64,000 nucleotides of DNA, from contig NZ_JBKBKZ010000018.1 of assembly GCF_046296635.1 (NCBI RefSeq), positions 16,977 to 80,976 on the forward strand, written 5' to 3'. Under the pieces are notes generated by a model, which did not search any database, was not told the origin of the DNA, and saw nothing but the letters and a program-made list of their open reading frames with translations. Below, piece after piece: positions 34,904 through 43,303 of the stretch. This stretch comes from Algoriphagus sp. (GTDB taxonomy: Bacteria > Bacteroidota > Bacteroidia > Cytophagales > Cyclobacteriaceae). A program made the translations under genes and the position numbers. Numbering within the stretch: position 1 is the first letter of the stretch; each line of letters starts with the position of its first letter.

Positions 34904-36745
34904 ATGTGTGGAATTGTCGCGTACGTTGGGCATCAGCAAGCTTTGCCTATCATCATTAAAGGCCTCAAAAGATTAGAGTACAGAGGTTATGATTCAGCAG
35001 GAGTAGCTCTTTTGGATCAGCAAGGCCTCAGTATTTATAAGAAGAAAGGGAAAGTGTCCGAGTTGGAGAAATATCTGGAATCCAACGGTGAGGTAAAATC
35101 CAAAATTGGGATCGGTCACACCCGTTGGGCCACTCATGGCGAACCTAACGATGTCAATGCTCACCCACATTACTCTGCTTCGGAGAAGTTTGCAATGATC
35201 CATAATGGGATTATTGAAAACTATGAAGTATTAAAACAAGACCTGCTTCAAAAAGGATACACTTTTGACAGTGATACTGATACAGAGGTCTTTGTAAAAT
35301 TCATTGAAGACATCTATATCAACAATCATTGCACACTGGAGGAAGCTCTCCGCCTTGCACTTCATAAGGTAGTCGGGGCTTATGCCATTGTTTTGATCAA
35401 CAAGGAAGAACCTGATACACTGATAGCAGCGAGGAAGGGATCACCATTGGTAATCGGAGTTGGTGAAGATGAGTATTTTCTGGCATCAGATGCTACTCCG
35501 ATAATTGAGTATACCAATAAAGTGATTTACTTAGACGACTTTGAGATAGCGGTAATTAGAGATGGAAAGCTGCAAATCAAGACAATCGAAAATGTAGAAA
35601 CCAACCCATACATCAATCAGCTCGAAATGGAGCTGGAAGCGATCGAAAAGGGTGGATATGAGCACTTCATGCTTAAGGAGATCTACGAGCAACCTAAGTC
35701 TATTGCGGATTGCCTCAGAGGGCGACTGGATGCCAAATCCGGCCGTTTGGTACTTGGTGGTCTTCGGGATTATATGAATAAATTTCAGAATGCCGAGCGA
35801 ATTATCATTACTGCCTGCGGAACCTCTTGGCATGCTGGCTTGGTAGCAGAATATCTTTTTGAAGAATTTGCCAGAGTCCCAGTAGAAGTAGAATATGCTT
35901 CGGAATTCAGATATAGAAATCCAGTCATTAGCGAAAAAGATTTTGTGATCGCTATTTCTCAATCCGGTGAAACAGCAGATACGCTGGCAGCCATCGAACT
36001 GGCGAAATCCAAGGGAGCAACAATCTTTGGGGTGTGTAATGTAGTAGGTTCGTCTATTCCTCGTGCCACCCATGCAGGTTCTTATACCCACGCCGGACCG
36101 GAGATTGGTGTAGCCTCCACAAAAGCATTTACTGCTCAGATTTCAGTATTAGCCATGATGGCCATGAAGTTGGGCTATCAGCGCGGGACATTGCCTGAAA
36201 GTCGATACGTCCAGCTTTTGAATGAACTGGAAGCGATTCCAGCTAAAGTTGAAAAGGCACTTCTTACAAATGAGCAGATTAAGCGAATTGCTGCGGAATA
36301 CAAAGATGTAACCAATGCCCTTTATTTGGGTAGAGGTTATAATTTTCCGGTGGCATTGGAAGGAGCCTTGAAGTTGAAAGAAATTTCCTACATCCATGCG
36401 GAGGGTTATCCTGCTGCAGAGATGAAGCACGGTCCTATTGCATTGATTGACGAAGCGATGCCTGTTATATTCATTGCTACTCAAGATAGCTCCTATGAAA
36501 AAGTAGTGAGCAATATCCAGGAAGTGAAAGCCCGAAAAGGCAAAGTTATTGCAGTGGTTACCGAAGGTGATACACAAGTGAAGGCCATGGCGGATCACGT
36601 AATCGAGATTCCTGCGGTAGAAGAAGCATTTGTTCCTTTGGTTGCGGTAGTTCCGTTGCAATTGCTATCCTATCATATCGCTGTGCTGAGAGGATGCAAC
36701 GTGGATCAGCCGAGAAACTTGGCCAAATCTGTAACTGTCGAATAA
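34904..36745 (+). CDS. glmS: Glutamine--fructose-6-phosphate aminotransferase
   Basis: Starts MCGIVAYVG (Ntn Cys2), has two SIS domains and the C-terminal ...NLAKSVTVE. Confidence 0.96.
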   Translation: MCGIVAYVGHQQALPIIIKGLKRLEYRGYDSAGVALLDQQGLSIYKKKGKVSELEKYLESNGEVKSKIGIGHTRWATHGEPNDVNAHPHYSASEKFAMIHNGIIENYEVLKQDLLQKGYTFDSDTDTEVFVKFIEDIYINNHCTLEEALRLALHKVVGAYAIVLINKEEPDTLIAARKGSPLVIGVGEDEYFLASDATPIIEYTNKVIYLDDFEIAVIRDGKLQIKTIENVETNPYINQLEMELEAIEKGGYEHFMLKEIYEQPKSIADCLRGRLDAKSGRLVLGGLRDYMNKFQNAERIIITACGTSWHAGLVAEYLFEEFARVPVEVEYASEFRYRNPVISEKDFVIAISQSGETADTLAAIELAKSKGATIFGVCNVVGSSIPRATHAGSYTHAGPEIGVASTKAFTAQISVLAMMAMKLGYQRGTLPESRYVQLLNELEAIPAKVEKALLTNEQIKRIAAEYKDVTNALYLGRGYNFPVALEGALKLKEISYIHAEGYPAAEMKHGPIALIDEAMPVIFIATQDSSYEKVVSNIQEVKARKGKVIAVVTEGDTQVKAMADHVIEIPAVEEAFVPLVAVVPLQLLSYHIAVLRGCNVDQPRNLAKSVTVE

Positions 36746-36765
36746 CTTAGTTTTATCTTATATTC

Positions 36766-36802
36766 AAAAGCCCGAAAATCACTTCGGGCTTTTGGTTTTT
36801 TT
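36766..36802 (+). terminator. Rho-independent terminator of glmS
   Basis: AAAAGCCCGAA / TTCGGGCTTTT stem followed by a T-rich run. Confidence 0.8.
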
Positions 36803-36926
36803 GGCCCGAATTACCAGTTCTGTCCTGGAGGATTTGGAATAACCTTTAGGTTATGAAGCGTATAAGAAAAAAGAAAACTCATTTTGGGAGATAAAAAAAT
36901 GGTTAAAGATAAAAGATGAAGCTTCT

Positions 36927-36979
36927 AATCATCTAGTTCCAAGTTTTCAATCATCTAGTTCCAAGTTTTCAATCATCTC
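36927..36979. repeat. 22-bp tandem repeat (2.4 copies of AATCATCTAGTTCCAAGTTTTC) at the toxin 3' end
   Basis: Units at 36927-36948 and 36949-36970, plus a partial unit at 36971-36979. Confidence 0.9.
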
Positions 36980-37282
36980 TTTCAGTTCCTTGGGTTTTAT
37001 ATCTGATTTTTCTCCTTTATCGTAGATGGTTAACAAATAGACTGTTTCAGTTGTCAAGTACAGGTGTGTGACTACCCTTGCTCCATTTCTTTTTCCCTTA
37101 CCTTTTGATCCAATTGCCAAACGAAATTTATAACAACTGTTCCCGATAAAAATTCCTGTTTTTGGGTTTTCCTCAATTTCGGTTAATAGCAGGGAAAACT
37201 CACTTTTAAGTGAAGGGAATTTTTTTGCCAGTCGTTTGATTTCTTTTTCAAAACGGTGGGTAGCAATGATCCTATAATTCAT
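36947..37282 (-). CDS. Type II toxin, RelE/ParE superfamily
   Basis: 111 aa. The pattern F.KE.K.L.KK.P........I.....NP..G...G...YK.R.....KGKR.G.R......Y..L..IYDK fits RelE-like toxins. Confidence 0.65.
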   Translation of the reverse strand: MNYRIIATHRFEKEIKRLAKKFPSLKSEFSLLLTEIEENPKTGIFIGNSCYKFRLAIGSKGKGKRNGARVVTHLYLTTETVYLLTIYDKGEKSDIKPKELKEMIENLELDD

Positions 37283-37481
37283 CCAAAAGGTCTTTGGCTG
37301 ATTTTAACTTAAGCTTTCCTTGCTTATGTAGGCGCACTTCTTCAGCAGATTCTTTGAGTTCATCCCAAAGTTTAGCGGCAGAAACCGACATAGGTTTTGC
37401 TTTTTTTATAAAGGCCAAGCTTTTTAGAACTTTCATTCCGAAAGTCGCCTCATTGTCTGATATTTCAACTATTACTTTCAT
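37272..37481 (-). CDS. Putative cognate antitoxin
   Basis: 69-aa ORF from the ATG at 37481, overlapping the toxin start by 11 nt. No motif recognised. Confidence 0.5.
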   Translation of the reverse strand: MKVIVEISDNEATFGMKVLKSLAFIKKAKPMSVSAAKLWDELKESAEEVRLHKQGKLKLKSAKDLLDEL

Positions 37482-37670
37482 TTTAATTGAGTTAATGATT
37501 GGATTCCATACGTTGTATAACACCTTTCCGGACTCTTTAAATTACTTGGAAGCTGCTACTACTTTTAATCAAACTTAGCATTTTGCCCATTTGTCTCCAA
37601 ACAATTGAAGGCTTCTGCTATTTTGGATCAACCACTTAGATTCAATCTGAATCAAGCCCGATAAATTCCT

Positions 37671-37678
37671 TACTTTTG
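37671..37678 (+). promoter_or_regulatory. -7 box TACTTTTG
   Basis: Exact TAnnTTTG match 18 nt upstream of the prfA ATG. Confidence 0.45.
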
Positions 37679-37695
37679 CGCAGCGAATAAAACCC

Positions 37696-38769
37696 ATGCT
37701 GGACAAATTACAAGCCCTCAAAGACCGTTTCGAAGAAGTAGGTCAACTGATCATCATGCCGGACTCCATGTCCGATATGAGCAAATACACTAAGCTCTCC
37801 AAAGAATACAAAGACCTTGAAAAAATCGTCGTGGCCTACGATGAGTATAAGCTAGTCCTACAAAATATCGATAGCTCCAAAGAAATCTTGGATAAAGAAA
37901 AAGACCCAGAGTTTCGGGAAATGGCTAAAGCTGAACTGGACTACCTCAGAGAGCGAAAAGATGTGCTTGAAGAGGAAGTGAAGCAGATGTTGATTCCCAA
38001 AGATCCAAACGACTCGAAAGACTGCATTCTTGAAATTCGTGGAGGTGCAGGTGGTGATGAAGCGTCAATATTTGCAGGAGACTTGTTTCGGATGTATGAG
38101 CGGTTTTGCGAAATGCAGGGATGGAAATTGACAGTTCTCGATTTGACTTTCGGTTCGGCAGGTGGATATAAAGAAATCATCGCTACCGTCTCCGGAGCGG
38201 ATGTGTATGGAATGCTGAAATATGAATCAGGTGTACATCGAGTGCAGCGCGTGCCTGCTACTGAATCCCAAGGAAGGGTGCATACTTCTGCCGCATCTGT
38301 GGCAGTTTTACCCGAAATGGATGAGGTTGAGGTGCAACTGGACATGAACGATATTCGAAAAGACACCTATTGTTCCTCTGGACCTGGAGGGCAATCAGTA
38401 AATACGACGTATTCTGCAGTACGATTAACTCACGCCCCTTCCGGCTTGGTGGTGACTTGTCAAGACGAAAAATCCCAGATTAAAAACTTTGAGAAAGCAC
38501 TCAAGGTCTTGAGGTCTAGACTTTATGAAATTGAGCTGACCAAGCATAATGATGCAGTCGGAGCTCAACGAAAATCCATGGTGGGAAGTGGGGATCGATC
38601 AGACAAGATCAGGACCTACAACTACTCTCAATCCCGCGTCACAGACCATAGAATCAACAAAACAGTCTACAATCTCCCTGATGTAATGGATGGAAACATT
38701 GAAGAATTCATATCTGCACTCCGCTTGGCCGAAAATCTGGAAAAAATGAAAGCTGGAGGAATTGAGTAA
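37696..38769 (+). CDS. prfA: Peptide chain release factor 1
   Basis: PAT tripeptide (RVPATES) and the GGQ motif (SGPGGQSVN). Confidence 0.96.
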   Translation: MLDKLQALKDRFEEVGQLIIMPDSMSDMSKYTKLSKEYKDLEKIVVAYDEYKLVLQNIDSSKEILDKEKDPEFREMAKAELDYLRERKDVLEEEVKQMLIPKDPNDSKDCILEIRGGAGGDEASIFAGDLFRMYERFCEMQGWKLTVLDLTFGSAGGYKEIIATVSGADVYGMLKYESGVHRVQRVPATESQGRVHTSAASVAVLPEMDEVEVQLDMNDIRKDTYCSSGPGGQSVNTTYSAVRLTHAPSGLVVTCQDEKSQIKNFEKALKVLRSRLYEIELTKHNDAVGAQRKSMVGSGDRSDKIRTYNYSQSRVTDHRINKTVYNLPDVMDGNIEEFISALRLAENLEKMKAGGIE

Positions 38770-38851
38770 GTGGAATAGACTTTGAAGGATTGAATTAAGA
38801 AGTTATATTGAACAAACAAATAACCAGCGGAAGAATAACCCAAGTACTTTT

Positions 38852-39376
38852 ATGATTATAACTGGAGAAAAAGAAGTAAACCTAGTCACTTGGAATGACT
38901 CCCACTTTCATCAGCTTTATCCGCTTGCCAATAATCCTAAAATCGCCATGAATCTGAGAGATAGCTATCCTCAGCCTTATACCATTCATGATGCAAGACA
39001 TTGGATAGAGCACAATCAGAAATTCAATCCCCCACAAAATTTCGCCATTGAATTTGAGGGGAAGTTGGCTGGCTCAATCGGTTCAGAACGAGGGAAAGAT
39101 GAGCTTAGAACTAACATGGAGTTAGGTTTCTGGGTTGGAGAGCCTTTTTGGGGTAAAGGAATTGCTTCAGAGGCTGTTAAGCTTTACACGAAATACATTT
39201 TTGAAAAATTCGACATTCAACGGATTTACGCTCAAGTCTATGACTTCAATGGCGAGTCGATGAATGTATTGGAAAAAGCCGGATTCATCCCGGAAGCAAT
39301 CCTGAAAAAATCATTTATAAAAAGAGGCAGAGTTGGGGATATTTTCCAATATGTCATGATCAAAGACGAAGAATAA
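38852..39376 (+). CDS. GNAT family N-acetyltransferase (RimJ/RimL-like)
   Basis: 174 aa with an acetyl-CoA site WGKGIASEA. Confidence 0.8.
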   Translation: MIITGEKEVNLVTWNDSHFHQLYPLANNPKIAMNLRDSYPQPYTIHDARHWIEHNQKFNPPQNFAIEFEGKLAGSIGSERGKDELRTNMELGFWVGEPFWGKGIASEAVKLYTKYIFEKFDIQRIYAQVYDFNGESMNVLEKAGFIPEAILKKSFIKRGRVGDIFQYVMIKDEE

Positions 39377-39392
39377 TCTTCGTCTTTTTTTT
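39362..39392 (+). terminator. Terminator overlapping the GNAT stop (AAAGACGAAGA / TCTTCGTCTTT plus T-run)
   Basis: 11-bp perfect stem with the stop codon in the loop, followed by a T-run. Confidence 0.75.
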
Positions 39393-39430
39393 GATCTATA
39401 TTTTAATCCTCAATACTGTCAGCAAAGAAA

Positions 39431-42241
39431 TCACTTGACGAGGACTTTCCTTGTCAACACCCCATTTTTTCCCTGAAGCTGTATTAGTATTAATCCCCGA
39501 GGAAGCCCATTTAGGAATATTTCTGATTGACCAATCGAAATGTTCCTGTTTTCAATCAATTGCCCCATTGCGTTAAAAATAACGAGACTACTCCAAGCGT
39601 CTAGGTTTGGAGAGCTCAGTGTCAATGTGCCATAACTTGGATTAGGATAGATCTTTAAGGTATTCGCGACTGAAGGCTCGAGTGCAGTGATGATATTCAC
39701 ATTGACTGCAAGATTCTGTTTTGGCCCAAATCCACATTCGTTTTGAGCTTCCACTGTAAGCTGAAAGTCTCCTTCAGCATCCCAGTTGACCAATACTCGT
39801 TTGGTGCCTTGTCCTGAAATAATTCTCCCTCCACCTGAAATGGTCCACCTGTAATCGAGTCCAGGCAGTCCTGCTATTTCATAGTATTGTTCACCAAGTG
39901 CTGTTTGAGCTTGTCCCGAAATTGCCGATGGCTGATTGGGTGCGGCCGTGACTTTTACAACTTTTAAAATAGGGTCTGAAGGACCACATCGATTTTCCTG
40001 AGTCACAGAGATAAGTTGATCGCCTGCTTGATCCCATTTGACTTCAATCTTATTCGTCCCCTGTCCTGAGGATATTTCTCCGCCTATGACTGTCCATTTG
40101 TAAGTTGTTCCTTCAAGATTGGGCAATGAATAGGTGCTGATATTATTCACGCATCCGATTCCTTCGCCAGAAATAAGCATATTGTTTGTTGGCAGTGATT
40201 TTACATTTACTTCCAATGCGGAGGTTTGTCCGCTCCCGCAAAAATTAGAGCGGCTGACCAGCACAGCATTTCTGCCCGGAATGGTCCATTTCACCTCGAT
40301 CTGATTCGTGCCTTGGCCGGAAATAATTTCTCCTCCATCCACTCTCCAAATAATTTCCGAGCCGGAAATGGGCATTTCTGTCACCCTATAGATCTCATTG
40401 GAAACACAGGATTGTGGATTTCCGGAGATTTCTCCAAGCGTTCCTACTGGAGGTGTACAGGTGTAAGAGAGGATAGTTCCATCTTCTCCTACAAAATATG
40501 CCCTTGAATCAGTTCCTGGACTAACGCCAGAGAAATTTCGAGTTGTTCCTGATGGAGATTGAATCCAAGTTTCTCCCCCATCCAAAGTGACCAAAGCAAG
40601 TCCTTCGTCTCCGGCAATGAATCCTATATTTTGGCCAAAAAACGCAATAGAGTTTAGATTTTTAGTTGTTCCTGATTGGATGATTCGCCAATTTCTGGCT
40701 TTATCCTCAGTTTTTAGGATGATTCCACCGTCTCCGACGATGAGGGCTCGTGTAGTATCTAGCTTGGCAAGTGCATTTAGATTGGATGAAGTCACTTTTG
40801 GGATATTCTCCCACTCTGTTCCCCCAAAACTCCAACTTATCTGACCATTGTCGCCCATTGCAAAGCCGACCGCAAAATCGAAAAATACAATATCTTTTAA
40901 GTTGGCTGCAGTGTTGGATCTGATCGTTTGATCCCATGTCACGCCAGAATCTGTTGATCGGGTGATGTAGCCATTATTTCCAGCTGCATATACTACTGAA
41001 GGGGCGAACAAGTAAAAGCCTGAAAGTGTCCGATTTACCGGTAAGAAGACCGGAACCCATGTGGTCCCGGAATTTCCCGTCCGATAAATTTTTCCTTCTG
41101 CTGAACTTGTATATCCAAAAGCGGTATTCCAGAAATCTATTGTTTGAATTTTGACAGATTCGGGAATAGGCCGACTTACCAAAGTTGCAGCGCCATTTGA
41201 AGTGACAAATAAGGCCCCATTTTCTCCTGAAATGAATCCAGTAGTTAGATTTTTGAAATCCACTGAGGTGAAGTTGTTTCGGATTCCGGCAAATTTTTGA
41301 GCCCAACTCGCTCCTGAATTTGTGGAGTTTATCATATAGCCATCTTGACCTATAGAAGATGCCTGTCCTAAATTCGGCTTAAACCCGATGCTTTTAAGAT
41401 TTCTGAAATTAGTTGCTCCAAGATTTAATGTTCCAAAGGTAGCTCCGGAGTTCACGGTCCTGACCATGGCTGCGGAATCTCCCACAGCTACAATCACTCG
41501 TATGTCTACAGGACTGAAAGCTACTTTTCTCAATGTTTTTGTAGTATTTGAATTTACAGAAGCCCAGGTTTGTCCACCGTTCGTAGTTTTATAAAAAGCG
41601 CCTTTTTCACCCACTGCATAACCCGTCATTTCGTTTGAAAAAACAATTCCAAATAGATTGTTTGGAGGACTTACAATGGAAGTAGTCCAAGTAGATCCCA
41701 TATCAAAAGATTTTATTACCCTTCCTTCGTCTCCCGCAATAAAAATCGTGTTTTCGTTGACTGCGGTGATATTATTTAATCGTAGGTTAGTTCCACTCGG
41801 TATTTTTGACCAAGAATTTCCAGCATCATAGGAATGAAGAATTTCTCCGTTCTTTCCGACTGCAATCAGTTGAGACTCGAATGTATTTGCTACACTTAAC
41901 AGGTCATTTTGAGAACCTGAAGTTTTACTTTCCCAGGTGAGGCCGCCATTTGAGGTGGTGTAAATAGTTCCCTTTTCGCCAACTGCCACACCTCTGTTTT
42001 TATCTATAAAGTCAACATCAAATAAATGATTTTCAAATTTCTGCAGTACTTCCTCCCAGGTAGTTCCCCCATCGAGTGTTTTAATGATCAATCGTTCCCC
42101 AACTGCAACGCCTCGTTGGTCATCTATCCAATGAACCGATTCCAGATCGACTCCCCAACTCTGCATTCTGGACCAAGTCTGTGTCCACGCAGTTGCTGAA
42201 AGGAAAAATAGGAGAAAGAATAAGGATAAAAGTTTTTTCAT
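39431..42241 (-). CDS. Large secreted protein: BNR/Ycf48-like beta-propeller repeats, three PKD-like modules and a T9SS C-terminal domain
   Basis: Signal peptide from the ATG at 42241. About 11 (S/T)xDxGxTW-type motifs. Three ~75-aa repeats with GGEIISGQGTNxIEVKW. The C-terminus, LKIYPNPSYGTLTL...VLVK, is typical of a T9SS CTD. Confidence 0.8.
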   Translation of the reverse strand: MKKLLSLFFLLFFLSATAWTQTWSRMQSWGVDLESVHWIDDQRGVAVGERLIIKTLDGGTTWEEVLQKFENHLFDVDFIDKNRGVAVGEKGTIYTTSNGGLTWESKTSGSQNDLLSVANTFESQLIAVGKNGEILHSYDAGNSWSKIPSGTNLRLNNITAVNENTIFIAGDEGRVIKSFDMGSTWTTSIVSPPNNLFGIVFSNEMTGYAVGEKGAFYKTTNGGQTWASVNSNTTKTLRKVAFSPVDIRVIVAVGDSAAMVRTVNSGATFGTLNLGATNFRNLKSIGFKPNLGQASSIGQDGYMINSTNSGASWAQKFAGIRNNFTSVDFKNLTTGFISGENGALFVTSNGAATLVSRPIPESVKIQTIDFWNTAFGYTSSAEGKIYRTGNSGTTWVPVFLPVNRTLSGFYLFAPSVVYAAGNNGYITRSTDSGVTWDQTIRSNTAANLKDIVFFDFAVGFAMGDNGQISWSFGGTEWENIPKVTSSNLNALAKLDTTRALIVGDGGIILKTEDKARNWRIIQSGTTKNLNSIAFFGQNIGFIAGDEGLALVTLDGGETWIQSPSGTTRNFSGVSPGTDSRAYFVGEDGTILSYTCTPPVGTLGEISGNPQSCVSNEIYRVTEMPISGSEIIWRVDGGEIISGQGTNQIEVKWTIPGRNAVLVSRSNFCGSGQTSALEVNVKSLPTNNMLISGEGIGCVNNISTYSLPNLEGTTYKWTVIGGEISSGQGTNKIEVKWDQAGDQLISVTQENRCGPSDPILKVVKVTAAPNQPSAISGQAQTALGEQYYEIAGLPGLDYRWTISGGGRIISGQGTKRVLVNWDAEGDFQLTVEAQNECGFGPKQNLAVNVNIITALEPSVANTLKIYPNPSYGTLTLSSPNLDAWSSLVIFNAMGQLIENRNISIGQSEIFLNGLPRGLILIQLQGKNGVLTRKVLVK

Positions 42242-42387
42242 CGTATTTGCAAATAATCTTCCTAAAGATGGAGTTTCGTCTTCTTTTTTATAATACAATG
42301 TAAACCTTTTGGAGTTTTACGTTAATTAAGCGACATGAAGAAGATTTTTAAAATGCTTGATAAATTTAAGGTATAATTTAAAGGTTT

Positions 42388-43041
42388 ATGAAAAAGATAG
42401 TCATTTCAGTTGTTGCTTCCACTTTTTTTGTGGCCTGTGGGCCTCAAGAGCGGGTTTCGAGAGAAACATTCGAGCAAGTAAATCAATCGATGAAAGTGAA
42501 GCGCTTGACCGAGGTTGAGATTTTGGATGCTGCGATGGTTTGGGGAGATTCTATTTCAAATGAGGCTCAAAATCAGTTGATTTCTAGTCTTCAGAATGCA
42601 GTAACTGAGAAGGGTGTCCTAGGAGCTATTGAGTATTGTAATGTACAAGCACTTCCAATCCTTGCTGAAGTAAGTCAAAAATATGGGGTTGAAATTCGCC
42701 GCGCTTCCAATCGCTATCGAAATCCCGCAGACCAGCCTACGGAGGAGGAAAGCCAGATTCTTGAAGCTTATGAATACAATGCCGAGAATGGCAATAAAAG
42801 TGATCCAAATATCCAAAAATTTGAAAATGGAGAAGTTTATTTATACACCAAGGCCATTGTTATTCCTGGAGGATTTTGTCTAAGCTGCCATGGAGAATCG
42901 GGTAAAGAACTCAATGAAGAGACTCAAAAAAAATTGAATGAACTGTATCCTCAGGATAAAGCTACGGGTCATAAGGTCGGAGATTTGAGAGGAATGTGGT
43001 CGATCAGAATTCCAAAAAAGGAAGTGGTAAAAAGGTTTTAG
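42388..43041 (+). CDS. Lipoprotein with a Tll0287-like (DUF3365) c-type heme domain
   Basis: Lipobox FVAC. One CxxCH site (CLSCH), followed by GDLRGMWSIRIPK. Confidence 0.65.
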   Translation: MKKIVISVVASTFFVACGPQERVSRETFEQVNQSMKVKRLTEVEILDAAMVWGDSISNEAQNQLISSLQNAVTEKGVLGAIEYCNVQALPILAEVSQKYGVEIRRASNRYRNPADQPTEEESQILEAYEYNAENGNKSDPNIQKFENGEVYLYTKAIVIPGGFCLSCHGESGKELNEETQKKLNELYPQDKATGHKVGDLRGMWSIRIPKKEVVKRF

Positions 43042-43303
43042 GAATTTCCATATCTCCAGCTTGTTATGAGCAATTTAGAAGTTAGATATCTTTAAGATCA
43101 AATAGAGAAAAATTTATATTCATATAACTAATTTAAGATTGTTTTAAATATTTTTTATAAAACACTCCCTTTTACGGGCAAGAACGCAAAAAACGGCTTA
43201 AAAAAACAGCAGAAAACAGTCAGTTTTTAATATTAAACAGTTGGTTATAAGCTGAAAATAAGGCAGACATTGTAGTATAATTTTCATTAACCCAAACTTG
43301 CCT

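Noticed and set aside
35531-36661. Minus-strand ORFs 35531-36091 and 36149-36661.
   Set aside because: They are antisense to glmS, whose identity is certain. Typical shadow frames.
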